Of a stretch of 64,000 nt of DNA, positions 20,643 through 30,489 are shown one piece after another. The translations under genes and the position numbers were made by a program. Numbering within the stretch: the first letter of the stretch is position 1; every line of letters begins with the position of its first letter. Below the pieces are notes generated by a model. That model was not told the origin of the DNA and ran no database searches. It worked only from the letters and a program-made list of their open reading frames with translations. The DNA comes from a virus, in the IMG/VR virus record IMGVR_UViG_3300050026_000055, positions 32,281 through 96,280 of that record; one strand, written 5' to 3'.

Positions 20643-21269
20643 TTACTTTATTTTCGATAAATCATTTTTATTGAAGTGCAACGCAAACGCACCGGCTAAA
20701 TGAAAGCTGTTGTATACATAACTAATGCTGTCTACATCCACAATTTCTCCAAAACTATTAAAAATGGCTGACCCAGAATCACCATTAGTGCTATTAAGAT
20801 CATATAGATATATATCATATACACCATTGAGTATTCCGGGTGCAGGGTCAGTTTCGGAAATACTTCCTGCAAAAGTGCCTTCCCTTACTATATTAGGAAG
20901 ACCTTTGGGATTACCACAAATCCATACATGCTGCCCAATTCTGGCTTTTTCATTAGAAAATCTAGCAAAATGTTTAAATTCTGTTTTTACAATCATCAAT
21001 TCATGGTCATAGTGGTCAAACACTTTCTCAATTATTATTGTAGATTCACCGTCTATAATTACAACATTATTTTCTGAATCACAATGTGTTGCAGTCAGTA
21101 AAGTATGCTTGCCCACAGCCGTAGCAGAACAGATTTTAGTGCCGTACCCTTCAGTAATTTCTATACGATGCGATGTATTAATAGCTATTTTAGTAGGATT
21201 ACACGCGGTACAACAAATAATCAATGACAGTAAAAATACAGATAGACTTTTCACAACTATGTCTCCCAT
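20643..21269 (-). CDS. trypsin-like serine protease, predicted exported or lipoprotein
   Basis: LLTATHC and GDSGSAIF catalytic motifs; hydrophobic N-terminus ending in CTAC. Confidence 0.8.
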   Translation of the reverse strand: MGDIVVKSLSVFLLSLIICCTACNPTKIAINTSHRIEITEGYGTKICSATAVGKHTLLTATHCDSENNVVIIDGESTIIIEKVFDHYDHELMIVKTEFKHFARFSNEKARIGQHVWICGNPKGLPNIVREGTFAGSISETDPAPGILNGVYDIYLYDLNSTNGDSGSAIFNSFGEIVDVDSISYVYNSFHLAGAFALHFNKNDLSKIK

Positions 21270-21856
21270 TTATTCAAATAGTCCAAAAATTTTTGAATAT
21301 ACTTCTTGTCATCTTCCAGCTTTCCTAACAACAGACTGCACTTGGCGCAAAGTATGCCCCTGTGAGTACCCGGTTTAGTATGGTCGTGGTCAATGTGCCA
21401 AGTATTGTTAAATCCTTGCCCCCAATCACACCCGCCGGTGCCACAAACAGCGCAACGGTTACTCTGGGAGGCCAACAGAGCGTCACGGCTGTCTTCATCC
21501 AGCCCATAAAGGATTCTATTCTGTCGATTCATTTTTCCTCTTGCTCGTAACTCTGGGTGTCTTTTGTTGTATTTTAAACCATCTATACGATTACATATCC
21601 GGCATCTCCTACCATTCTTTTTGCCATTTTTTGTAAATAACGGAATGATGTTGTTGCCGACTAATTCGTGACCGTGCTTACAAAATTGACGCGGAATGCC
21701 GCCAGTTTTCTTAATCTCAGGGTTTTTAATCCTATACGACTTCATTGCCGCGATTGCATGACATTGTTTACAGTAATATTTGTCGTTACCGTTGCGTTTA
21801 TACCGGTAAATATTTTCTTCAACCAATACATGACCTAAGTTACATAAGTTCTTCAT
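21257..21856 (-). CDS. endonuclease VII-like HNH endonuclease
   Basis: Q..RCAVC...HIDHDH...RGILCAKC. Confidence 0.8.
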   Translation of the reverse strand: MKNLCNLGHVLVEENIYRYKRNGNDKYYCKQCHAIAAMKSYRIKNPEIKKTGGIPRQFCKHGHELVGNNIIPLFTKNGKKNGRRCRICNRIDGLKYNKRHPELRARGKMNRQNRILYGLDEDSRDALLASQSNRCAVCGTGGCDWGQGFNNTWHIDHDHTKPGTHRGILCAKCSLLLGKLEDDKKYIQKFLDYLNKWET

Positions 21857-21870
21857 TCTAAACCGTTTAA

Positions 21871-22932
21871 TTAGAAGGGGCCATAAGGACGAGCGGGTGT
21901 TATCTGGTATCCGGCCCAACCAACGTCCATGATGGACTGACTGGGGTAGAATCCAAAATCATCCATCTCGCGCTGGCCTGATCTTAGCGAATTATCTAAT
22001 GCTTTTAACCATAATGCGTATTCTTCTTTAAACTTTGTTCTTACTTTAGGATCGGGACTTCTACGGAAGCATTGAGCATAAAATCCTTGCTTAAAAAATG
22101 TTACATAATCATCAGGAATGGGCTCAAGCGTCTGCGCTAAATTAAGAAATGTTGGTGCTCGCATCTGTGAGACTACGTTTATCATCCATACCACTCCTGT
22201 TTGCGGAGGCGTAGGATTGAGTCTAAATGCCTGACCCTTTGGGTTGATTGCAGTCCATACGCAAGAACCGTCTGCAACTGTAGTGGCAACTATGTGTTGA
22301 CTGTTAAATGTAGGATAGACCGGAGTGGTCGGCCATGTCGGTTGCACTGAACCACAGACACCAAACGTGGTCAAACACCAAAGATTACCATTAGGGTCTT
22401 TAATGCAAGTCGTTGGATTGTTTGGCTGTGTAATCTGATTAATCGGATTTATATATACAACACCGGGACCGGGATTAGTCAAACCAGAGTCACTCACTAA
22501 TGCAGTTTGTCCCCATGTTCCTGAAATAGCCTGATCGTTAGGAATCCAGCAAATCTTGTCTGGATAACCGGTTTGCGAATAAGTTACCAGAAGATCACGT
22601 CGAACTTCTAGATCGACCTTCTCTTTTGGAATTGAAGTGCTATTGATGTTCGATGCCCATGCGTACTCTAACCAAGAAACATTGACCACACCGGGTACAA
22701 AATAATCTTGCTGCAAGGTAATGGTAGTAAATGGAGTCACATTAAAGCGATTCCACTTCCAATTAAAAGGCTGGCCGTCTGGACCCCCGAACAGCATATC
22801 GGCCATAACATCATTTGCCACACTCAATGCTGGAAGATCGGAATAACCGCCTGTGGCTAAAGCCGGCGCTAGATCACCAAATGAGTTGGCATCGTCTACG
22901 ATTTGCTGCAATGGTATTGTACTGTTGGGCAC
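21871..22932 (-). CDS. head-tail adaptor-like protein
   Basis: PFNWKWNR and PIPDD motifs; paralog of 17311..18213; GTG start with AGGAG. Confidence 0.6.
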   Translation of the reverse strand: MPNSTIPLQQIVDDANSFGDLAPALATGGYSDLPALSVANDVMADMLFGGPDGQPFNWKWNRFNVTPFTTITLQQDYFVPGVVNVSWLEYAWASNINSTSIPKEKVDLEVRRDLLVTYSQTGYPDKICWIPNDQAISGTWGQTALVSDSGLTNPGPGVVYINPINQITQPNNPTTCIKDPNGNLWCLTTFGVCGSVQPTWPTTPVYPTFNSQHIVATTVADGSCVWTAINPKGQAFRLNPTPPQTGVVWMINVVSQMRAPTFLNLAQTLEPIPDDYVTFFKQGFYAQCFRRSPDPKVRTKFKEEYALWLKALDNSLRSGQREMDDFGFYPSQSIMDVGWAGYQITPARPYGPF

Positions 22933-22947
22933 ATTATCTCCTTAGAC

Positions 22948-22982
22948 ACAAAAAAAAGCAGGCCATGACATTAATCATGGCC
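22948..22982 (-). terminator. intrinsic terminator
   Basis: GGCCATGA/TCATGGCC hairpin followed by T-tract on the minus strand. Confidence 0.7.
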
Positions 22983-22988
22983 GAATAA

Positions 22989-23570
22989 TTACCGCAAGTT
23001 CACGTCAGCCATTTTCAAACGAGCATCGTCGCCTCCGTCACTATATCTGTATTGAATACTGCCGCTCGTAACATTTCTAGTCTGGAACTGAAGTGCGGTT
23101 TGATAATCGGAAACTGCTTTATTAAAGGACGCTTCATTAAACTTGCCGTTAGGAACAACCACGCCCTTTTCGTTGAACATAAACTGTTCTTTAATGGGCG
23201 GTTTCCAAGTCTGACCACAACGCAGACAGCGAACCCAGGTGTCTCCCCAAGGCATGATATGCTTCAGCACGCAGAACTGAGAGTCATCTCCCTGTCCACC
23301 TATAATGCCTTCAGCGCCATTGCCACCCTTTTTGTGGTTGCAGCGAGCCTGAGTTGCCTCGAATCCGCGCTTAATCTGTGCAAGAGTCTGTCCATTTGTA
23401 GTACTACGCTGACGTTTATTGTCGCGCTTTAATTCTCGTTCTTGAAGACGCTCTTCCAAATCCTGAAGTTCTGCCTTCTTTGCTTTGATTTCAAGCTGTT
23501 TTAGTTCTAACTCAGCTTTCTTCATTTCTGCATCACTAGGTTCTACAATTTTCATAAGATTTTCTGCCAT
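22989..23570 (-). CDS. hypothetical protein, coiled coil plus Zn-binding motif
   Basis: CNH...CLRC; GGAG RBS. Confidence 0.6.
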   Translation of the reverse strand: MAENLMKIVEPSDAEMKKAELELKQLEIKAKKAELQDLEERLQERELKRDNKRQRSTTNGQTLAQIKRGFEATQARCNHKKGGNGAEGIIGGQGDDSQFCVLKHIMPWGDTWVRCLRCGQTWKPPIKEQFMFNEKGVVVPNGKFNEASFNKAVSDYQTALQFQTRNVTSGSIQYRYSDGGDDARLKMADVNLR

Positions 23571-23581
23571 TTCCTTCTCCT

Positions 23582-24232
23582 TTAAACAGCCGTTACCATT
23601 TTATTCCGCGCTTCATAAAACAATGAATTGTATTTAAAAGCTGCTGGACCTGTGGCTTTACCGAATACTCTTTCGATGACCGCCTCAGAAAGAAATCCTT
23701 TCAGCAGTATTTGCATCAAACAAGTACGCCATCCTCGATATTTTTCATTCAAAGGAATGCCGCGCTCATCGAACCGCATTATGGTAAACTCAGTCGTATA
23801 TCCGTTTTGTACCCAACATGCCACTTCGGGGTACGCATTTTTGTCTTTGCGTTGTACAAGAAGTGTTAATTTATCTGGATGTGGATGTTGACGATACCAG
23901 CAATTCAAGTTGCACTCTTCTCGCAGTTTTTTGATAAACTCGCTAGAGTGCATAACCTTGCCTTTTCTAGCCTCTTCATCGGCATAATCAGCAGGATCAA
24001 GCCAGCGATAATCTTTAACCACTTCGGCTGTCAATTCTTGCTGTCTACACAATTCTTCTTCATTTTGCTGGCTGCTGTGTTCGTGAACATGTTCAGCATA
24101 TCGCTCAATCTCACCTTCTAATTGTGGATCAAGTTTCTCCTCAAAACTGGCAGCATATGTTTCCCAAGGAGGCGCATCTTGCTTGCGAGTGCCTTGGTTT
24201 TTCATCATCTCTTGATACTGTTCTTGTTCCAT
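23582..24232 (-). CDS. hypothetical protein
   Basis: GGAGG RBS before ATG at 24232 (MEQEQY). Confidence 0.65.
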   Translation of the reverse strand: MEQEQYQEMMKNQGTRKQDAPPWETYAASFEEKLDPQLEGEIERYAEHVHEHSSQQNEEELCRQQELTAEVVKDYRWLDPADYADEEARKGKVMHSSEFIKKLREECNLNCWYRQHPHPDKLTLLVQRKDKNAYPEVACWVQNGYTTEFTIMRFDERGIPLNEKYRGWRTCLMQILLKGFLSEAVIERVFGKATGPAAFKYNSLFYEARNKMVTAV

Positions 24233-24530
24233 TTTCCTCCAAAAATCTACCACACCGCCGAAGGCAATCACTCTCGGCGGGGGCAGTGCCACAACTCGGC
24301 TGGCCTGCCTGACAGTGTGGCAAAAGACTGTTGCATTTACTTTGGTATAAATAGTAATCCAACTATTGATACCATTCAATACAGCAGACAAAAAATTTAT
24401 TAATTTTTTCTTGACAAAACACCGGTGCCTATACTATTTTATACAACCTCGTTACCTGCCTAAAACCAGTTCCCCACCCATTTGCCCCCGGTGATGTAGT
24501 TGGAAATCGTGGTGCTGTTAACGACAGTCC

Positions 24531-25316
24531 CTACCTAAACACGCCCTTGCCAACCCCGTAGAGCACCGTACCGCCAGAACCGCCACCTGAATAACTCAGC
24601 GCGTGCATCGCATTTCCCAGTGCCGTGCGGGCCGACTGCAAGCCCGTTCCACTGGTTTCAAACGTGTAGGAGTTTGTGATCCAACTTGAAATTTGCGCTG
24701 AGACCAAAGAGCTTTTTCCGTTGTTCTTCAAGACATTCAGATATTCGTAATCCTGTACTCCGTCGCGGATTAACTTGAGACGCACACTGGGAAGAATGAG
24801 CGGCGTGGTTACACCGGAGCCCATGTAACACACTGCACTGCTATTACTGCTGCCTACGCACCCTGGATAAACGAGTGTTCCATCACCCCAACCGCCAGAA
24901 TAGTAAATCCCATTCCAGGGGTTCCACGTCACGCCAGACGGGACGCAATAGGGGTTGTAAGAAGGAGTGTTGCAGACATCAGCAGCATAGTAGAGTTCGC
25001 CCGTTTGTCCGTGCAAATAGGTTAGCCACTCCATCGCGCGGGCCGCTGCTGGTTTGCCATCGACGTTATAGTTCGGCCATGTGGTGTATGTGTATCCTGA
25101 CGGACTAGGACCAGGTACTCCATTCGAACAGGTTCCGGCTTCTGAACACGATTGATAAGACCACTCGGTGCCAGTAAGGGCGCAGGCTGATGGGCAGCCG
25201 TTTGATGTGGGAGCGGTCGCTGTTACCGTTTGCGCCGGAAGGCTGCTGACGTTTTTCTGCGCCTGAGCGACACACGAGATAAGTAAAAGAAGCGAGATTG
25301 CTAAAATCTTTTTCAT
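24531..25316 (-). CDS. signal-peptide protein with DUF4091/GH123-like C-terminal domain
   Basis: MKKILAISLLLLISCVAQA signal; GDGTLVYPG and PSVRLKLIRDGVQDYEYL motifs. Confidence 0.7.
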   Translation of the reverse strand: MKKILAISLLLLISCVAQAQKNVSSLPAQTVTATAPTSNGCPSACALTGTEWSYQSCSEAGTCSNGVPGPSPSGYTYTTWPNYNVDGKPAAARAMEWLTYLHGQTGELYYAADVCNTPSYNPYCVPSGVTWNPWNGIYYSGGWGDGTLVYPGCVGSSNSSAVCYMGSGVTTPLILPSVRLKLIRDGVQDYEYLNVLKNNGKSSLVSAQISSWITNSYTFETSGTGLQSARTALGNAMHALSYSGGGSGGTVLYGVGKGVFR

Positions 25317-25369
25317 GTTAGTTCACCTGCTCTAAAGTGCAAGCTGCGTTCGCTAGTACCGTAATCTCG

Positions 25370-27121
25370 TTACCTGTAAACCCCTGCCCGATTGTTGCTC
25401 CCACGATTCGGGGGAGGCATTGAACCACTCGGGTTAAACGTTGCGGTTACTGTGCAGTTGCTCGCTGGCATGTTGCCCGTGAAAGTTGTCGTGCCCGAAC
25501 CGCCGCAACCGCTTACGGTCGCCAGGGTCGAACCGCCCGACGCTGATACTGTGCAGGAGTATGCCGTGCCGCTGCTTATACCGCTCCCAGATGGCGAGCA
25601 TGACACTGTGCCTGATCCGGTGCCAGCCGTAGCCGTGCTTAGGGTGTAGGTCGATCCACCGCAGCTCTGTGTGATTGTCGGAGTAAGCCCAAGAAGCGAG
25701 CTATCAATCCCGACCGTTCCCACATTGCAATAGGTGAGGCTCACGGTATCATTCACTAAGTTTCCGCTAGTGGCCGCAGTGCGCTCGTTTTGCGCGGTGA
25801 ACTTGTCACCAGTGCCAGCTTGCCCAGGGATTGCCGATGCGTTCTCATTATTCAGGGTAATAATCGAGCGTGTCCCGTTGCCTTGCGGCTGTACAGCTCC
25901 ACCGCCCCAAGCGCCAGTGCAGCCACCCGCATTGCAGGTGTAGGTGTTGCCTGAAAAGAGAATACCGTTCGTCGATGACCAGGCGCGAAGGAAATAAATG
26001 CCAGACCTTCCTGGCCCCAGGTCACACTGATTATTGGTTACGGTTAAGCCTTGCAGGTCGTTATCTCCGTTGTCCGGGTCGCCGATGTGGAAGCAATGGG
26101 CATTCGTACTATTACTTGGGTCGAGCACAGATAAGCACTGGTTATTGTTCCAGGTCGTGTTGATGGAGTTGCGGGTGCGGAAGCAACGATTGTTATTGGC
26201 AATGACCGTGTTGTTATATGCCTGCGCTCCTGCGCTGCCTATTACATTCAATGGCGAAGTGTACGTACCGCTAACAGCTTCTCCCCCATCCAAGATGATA
26301 CCGCGACCAAAGCTGTTATTTGGATAGCTGCTCTCGGGAAGTAGAGTGTTGGCGACCAGATTGATGTAGTTGTTGTGGACGAGGCTGTTGGCGATGTTGT
26401 AGAGCGCTATTCCTTGGCAGCTTGAAGACGTTGCCGGACAGGTCAGGTTGTTGTAGTAGACCTCAAACGGATCGTAACCCGCGCTGCTGCCCAACAGGTA
26501 AAAGTTTGCCGTTCTGGAACTGGTGGTGTTCGCCGGGGCGGTTGAGGTGATGTTGTAAATTTGGACTGTCGGGTTCACTGAGCACTGACTTGCCGGTGGT
26601 CCCGAACTCACGAACAAATTGAAATCAGCGTCCACGCCAGAGGTGACGGTTAGGTGGTGCAACCGAAGCGGAGACGACGCGGGGCAACCCAAACCCGTGA
26701 AGTAAATTCCCGCATAAGAGTACATGCCAGCGGCGATCTGTTGGTCGTACCCTATGTCGTGGGTCACGGAGCCGTTATAAATTTCTGCATCCTGGGCGGT
26801 GCTGTTGGCGTAGATGCCGCCAGTGACCGTGTGACCGTTCAGGTTCAGCGTGATCCCTGTACCGGCCAAACTAAAACAAGCCGACTGTGCTGCCGTGTTC
26901 GTGCTATAGGGGGTGGCAGTCACGTCTTGCGTGAGATAGTAACTTCCTGCTCCAAGTGAGAGGTTGCAGGCCGAGAGCGGTGTTTGCCCGACGGTCGAGA
27001 AACTGCCACCTACGTTGCCGCAAGTGCTTTGATCGGTTCCAGTCCCGCAGCCCGCTGGTAAAGCGAAAGACAAGCGGGCTGCCAGCAGGAGAACACAAGC
27101 GAGTTGAAATAGTCGCCTCAT
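25370..27121 (-). CDS. signal-peptide, Cys-rich parallel beta-helix protein with C-terminal InlB-B-like repeat
   Basis: Sec signal; Asn-ladder beta-helix repeats; YTLSTATAGTGSGTV...CTVTATF domain. Confidence 0.65.
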   Translation of the reverse strand: MRRLFQLACVLLLAARLSFALPAGCGTGTDQSTCGNVGGSFSTVGQTPLSACNLSLGAGSYYLTQDVTATPYSTNTAAQSACFSLAGTGITLNLNGHTVTGGIYANSTAQDAEIYNGSVTHDIGYDQQIAAGMYSYAGIYFTGLGCPASSPLRLHHLTVTSGVDADFNLFVSSGPPASQCSVNPTVQIYNITSTAPANTTSSRTANFYLLGSSAGYDPFEVYYNNLTCPATSSSCQGIALYNIANSLVHNNYINLVANTLLPESSYPNNSFGRGIILDGGEAVSGTYTSPLNVIGSAGAQAYNNTVIANNNRCFRTRNSINTTWNNNQCLSVLDPSNSTNAHCFHIGDPDNGDNDLQGLTVTNNQCDLGPGRSGIYFLRAWSSTNGILFSGNTYTCNAGGCTGAWGGGAVQPQGNGTRSIITLNNENASAIPGQAGTGDKFTAQNERTAATSGNLVNDTVSLTYCNVGTVGIDSSLLGLTPTITQSCGGSTYTLSTATAGTGSGTVSCSPSGSGISSGTAYSCTVSASGGSTLATVSGCGGSGTTTFTGNMPASNCTVTATFNPSGSMPPPNRGSNNRAGVYR

Positions 27122-27122
27122 G

Positions 27123-29477
27123 TTATTGATGCTCCAACAGCAAGTTGAGTGCAGACCATCCAGTACTCCAACTAAGGGTTCCGGTACACCCCTTTGACCC
27201 GTTGCTGCTTATTAGTTGATCACCCACCACAAGGTAGTTATCGTCTACGGATAACCGTGTGGTTGCACCATTAGTCCAAGTAATGCCTGGATCACCGCCG
27301 CCAGAGTTATAAAACGCGCAAATCTGCGTGTCCGGTTGTGCCGATGCCGTGACGGAGCCGCTAGACAATGCCGTGCCTGTCCCGCCGGTTACAACGGGAG
27401 TACCATCCAGCGTGCATGATCCGCTGCTGTGCTCGAGCTCTACTATTCCGCCGTAGTTCGTCACGTTCGATAGAGTAATGGTTCGACTTCCGCCCGGAGA
27501 ACTTGCCAGACAAAAAGCGTAGAAAGAATGTCCAGTACCGTCAGGAATACCGCCAGTGCCAAGCAAAGGCGTATAGGCGTTGCTTAGATCATCGACCATT
27601 GAAACACCGTAGAAGTTTGCTGCGCCCGAAAAGAATAAGGTAATTCGGTTTCCTGATGTCGAACTAAACGCCGTCAGATTGCAGGGTTCTGATGAGCAAG
27701 TGCCAAGAGGATGTGCAACGACAAACGCCGGATTAGACGCAGCTATCGTGTACACTGCGTCATGCTCCGCGCTGGCTGCATAATTGGCTTTATACCCGAT
27801 GCTCTTGAGCGTGAACGTTGAACCCGGAGAAGTGAACGCGCCTGTATAATGCGTGCCTGTTGAGCAGCTCGAAGCTGTCCCCGCTGGCGTCGAACCGTTC
27901 GCCGTGTAGCACTTGTAATCACCACTCGATCCACCGCCAAGCGTTACCGACTGCGCCCCTCCATAGCTGCCAACTCCCGGCGAGTCAGTAATCGCACCGA
28001 CTTGGAAAGTCAGATCACTTCGCACCGGAGCCGAGGTCTGGAAGTGTGCTTCCTCGCACCGTGAGGCAAAACTGGCCTTAGTGCTGGAATCTGGCACAAC
28101 CGAAACGCCCGTAGTGTAAGCGGTGACTCCAGCAAGCGTGCAAGACGTTCCTTGGCAGCTTGAATAATAGGGAGTGCCGCCGCTGCACCCTGTAACGGTT
28201 TCAGTCACGTCATTGTTGACCGTCGCTGTGGTCTGCGAATTGACCGTTACGGGAGCCGTGGGCCAATCCGTTGAGCCTGCCGAAACCGTGCAGCTACCAC
28301 CCAAGGCGCAAGTCTGACCATTGACCGTGGTGCTAGCGTTCGAGGCTGCCTTGGTGTCGGCGTAGGTCTTGACGGCTTTCTGTGACGGAACTTTCGTATC
28401 GTCAGTGCCGAGCGTTCCGGTTGTGTCCAGCTTTGCCGAAGGAATAAACGTACTTTGCGGAACTGAGCCACCGTTCGTTTGCAGATCGCCCGACGATCCG
28501 GCAGCAGGACTTCCGCCCTTGAGCGTCCACGTATCGCAATTTCCGGTCGTCAAGTGCGTGCAAGCGTAATCCTGCTGTTTCGTTCCGCCACCAGCCGGAC
28601 AATCACCGTCGTAGACGCTCACCGTTTCATACAGGGTTGATCCGGTCAAAGCCGCCATTTGAGCGCAGGTTTTCGGGCCGCCTCCAGCTACTATCGCGCT
28701 TGCCTCGAGGGTACCTGGCGTCGAGATGTTTCCAGAGCTGTCGATGGTCACCGGCGTAGTCTTCACGTCGCCGTTGCCGGCCACCACCACCACCTTGCTG
28801 GCGTTGCCGCTGCTCAGATCGGCCGCGGTGTTGGTCACCGTTGTGGCGCAGGACACAGATCCATCCGTGCCGATGGATTGTACAAATTGGCTGGGGCAGG
28901 CATTTGACTCCACCCCACCCAACGTGGATGCGGTTGGTGCTGGCAGTTGTGCTGCTGGAATCTTTGTATTTGAATCCAGTGAAGCTATGCCGCTCGCTGC
29001 GCCTACCGATGAGGTTGGAACCTTGGTTGAATCGTAAACCGTGCAACTGGAGCCTAGAGCGCAGGTCTGACCATTTACAGAAGTGGAAGCACTGGAAGCA
29101 GCCTTCGCATCGAGCGCAGTCTGAGTGGCGGAACTGATTGGCTTGTTGGCGTCGGATGTGTTGTCCACGTTCCCCAGGCCGACATCGCCTTTAGCCTTTG
29201 CACCAACTGCTACCCAAGCCGAGCCGTTGGACCGGCAAAGCGCGGGCGTCGTCCCGCTGCCGACTGTGCAATCGGTTACGCTTGCCGCATCGCTGACGAT
29301 GGTTGTGCAGCCCGAACAGGAGGCCGCAGCTGGAAGCTGATTTGCGCCTGAGCCGATGGTCTTGGGACCGAGTATTATCGTGCCCGCCGCGGATGAACCC
29401 GCCGCGGATGAAGGATTTTGTATTTGGCTAAATAGTGGCATTGATAATAGGCACATAATAATAAATAATTTTTTCAT
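27123..29477 (-). CDS. signal-peptide, Cys-rich tail-fibre-like protein
   Basis: MKKLFIIMCLLSMPLFSQ signal; fibre motifs GLGNVDNTSDANKPISSATQTALDAKA and KVPSQKAVKTY; YTANGSTP FN3-associated-like motif. Confidence 0.65.
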   Translation of the reverse strand: MKKLFIIMCLLSMPLFSQIQNPSSAAGSSAAGTIILGPKTIGSGANQLPAAASCSGCTTIVSDAASVTDCTVGSGTTPALCRSNGSAWVAVGAKAKGDVGLGNVDNTSDANKPISSATQTALDAKAASSASTSVNGQTCALGSSCTVYDSTKVPTSSVGAASGIASLDSNTKIPAAQLPAPTASTLGGVESNACPSQFVQSIGTDGSVSCATTVTNTAADLSSGNASKVVVVAGNGDVKTTPVTIDSSGNISTPGTLEASAIVAGGGPKTCAQMAALTGSTLYETVSVYDGDCPAGGGTKQQDYACTHLTTGNCDTWTLKGGSPAAGSSGDLQTNGGSVPQSTFIPSAKLDTTGTLGTDDTKVPSQKAVKTYADTKAASNASTTVNGQTCALGGSCTVSAGSTDWPTAPVTVNSQTTATVNNDVTETVTGCSGGTPYYSSCQGTSCTLAGVTAYTTGVSVVPDSSTKASFASRCEEAHFQTSAPVRSDLTFQVGAITDSPGVGSYGGAQSVTLGGGSSGDYKCYTANGSTPAGTASSCSTGTHYTGAFTSPGSTFTLKSIGYKANYAASAEHDAVYTIAASNPAFVVAHPLGTCSSEPCNLTAFSSTSGNRITLFFSGAANFYGVSMVDDLSNAYTPLLGTGGIPDGTGHSFYAFCLASSPGGSRTITLSNVTNYGGIVELEHSSGSCTLDGTPVVTGGTGTALSSGSVTASAQPDTQICAFYNSGGGDPGITWTNGATTRLSVDDNYLVVGDQLISSNGSKGCTGTLSWSTGWSALNLLLEHQ

Positions 29478-29489
29478 TTAAAATCCTTG

Positions 29490-29774
29490 TTAAACAATAT
29501 ACAAAACATCTATTACATCGTTTTGTGTACCTATAATATACCACTCATTCAAATTAGTAACATTATTAATATTAAAGGCTCCTGCGTTAATGGACCCTCC
29601 TCCACCACCGCTTTGTGTTACTAATTCAATGCCTTTAGTCGTTGAAACAGTAGAATCTCCAACTCTACAACTATGTGCGGCATTATTTTGAATCATTAAT
29701 TGCCGTATTCCGACTTTTGTAGCTGAAATCTGTGTAGCTCCTGCTCCTAATGTTATTTGTAAAAGATTAAGCAT
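29490..29774 (-). CDS. small virion structural protein (putative)
   Basis: Beta-rich 94 aa; GAGG RBS; virion operon. Confidence 0.5.
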   Translation of the reverse strand: MLNLLQITLGAGATQISATKVGIRQLMIQNNAAHSCRVGDSTVSTTKGIELVTQSGGGGGSINAGAFNINNVTNLNEWYIIGTQNDVIDVLYIV

Positions 29775-29791
29775 AATTTTTTCCTCAAGAT

Positions 29792-29817
29792 AAAAGGGGA
29801 GAATTAAGTCTCCCCTT
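29792..29817 (-). terminator. intrinsic terminator
   Basis: AAGGGGAGA/TCTCCCCTT hairpin with T-tract. Confidence 0.65.
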
Positions 29818-29827
29818 ACTACACAAA

Positions 29828-30451
29828 TTACTCCATAGACATTGTGAATTCAGTGATTGCACATGTCTCAGACGTATCAGATACACTATTCAAAACCGAT
29901 GCACAGAACGAAATGGCCGGGGTATTATTACCAAGCGGGGGCGTTATATAGCCCGAACTCGGGGTCGAATTGGCGAACAAAGCTGTGTTCAAATTCGGAC
30001 AAGTCAAAGCAGCAGTAACGGTACTAATCGAAACCGCAGCTCCACAAATCATAACCGAAGGCAAAACAGCAACTATTGTTCCAGCATTTACATCACCAAA
30101 GAATTCCTGCTCAACACAGAAATCATAGTATGTGCCTGCTGTCAATGTTCCAGATGCAGCCGTGGTAAAGGTATCAGCTGGAGAGCCAGTCAATGCCAGC
30201 CCAGACCATGCCTGCCACAAAAGACCAAGTTTCACAGTCTGAGAAGTACCGTGAGCCTTAATCCATCCACCAAGGTTAACCTTAAATCGCTTGCCCTGCA
30301 TCTGATTCGCAGAAGGGCCATTCAGATAAAGATTACCGGCAGTTTGACCAGCAAGTACACCAGCAGCATCAACCTGTATAATCTGCTCCGCTAATCCAGC
30401 AGCGGTAGTGAAAGCACTGTAAATTTCATATGCTCTTGCAACGATAGCCAT
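29828..30451 (-). CDS. virion structural protein (tandem paralog of 30490..31125)
   Basis: Shares GKRFKVN.GGW.KAHG.SQTV and LTAGTYYDF..EQEFFGD motifs and the RBS AGGAGATTTTTATG. Confidence 0.65.
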   Translation of the reverse strand: MAIVARAYEIYSAFTTAAGLAEQIIQVDAAGVLAGQTAGNLYLNGPSANQMQGKRFKVNLGGWIKAHGTSQTVKLGLLWQAWSGLALTGSPADTFTTAASGTLTAGTYYDFCVEQEFFGDVNAGTIVAVLPSVMICGAAVSISTVTAALTCPNLNTALFANSTPSSGYITPPLGNNTPAISFCASVLNSVSDTSETCAITEFTMSME

Positions 30452-30489
30452 AAAAATCTCCTTAAAAATTGTGTGTTCCTTGGTCTAAA

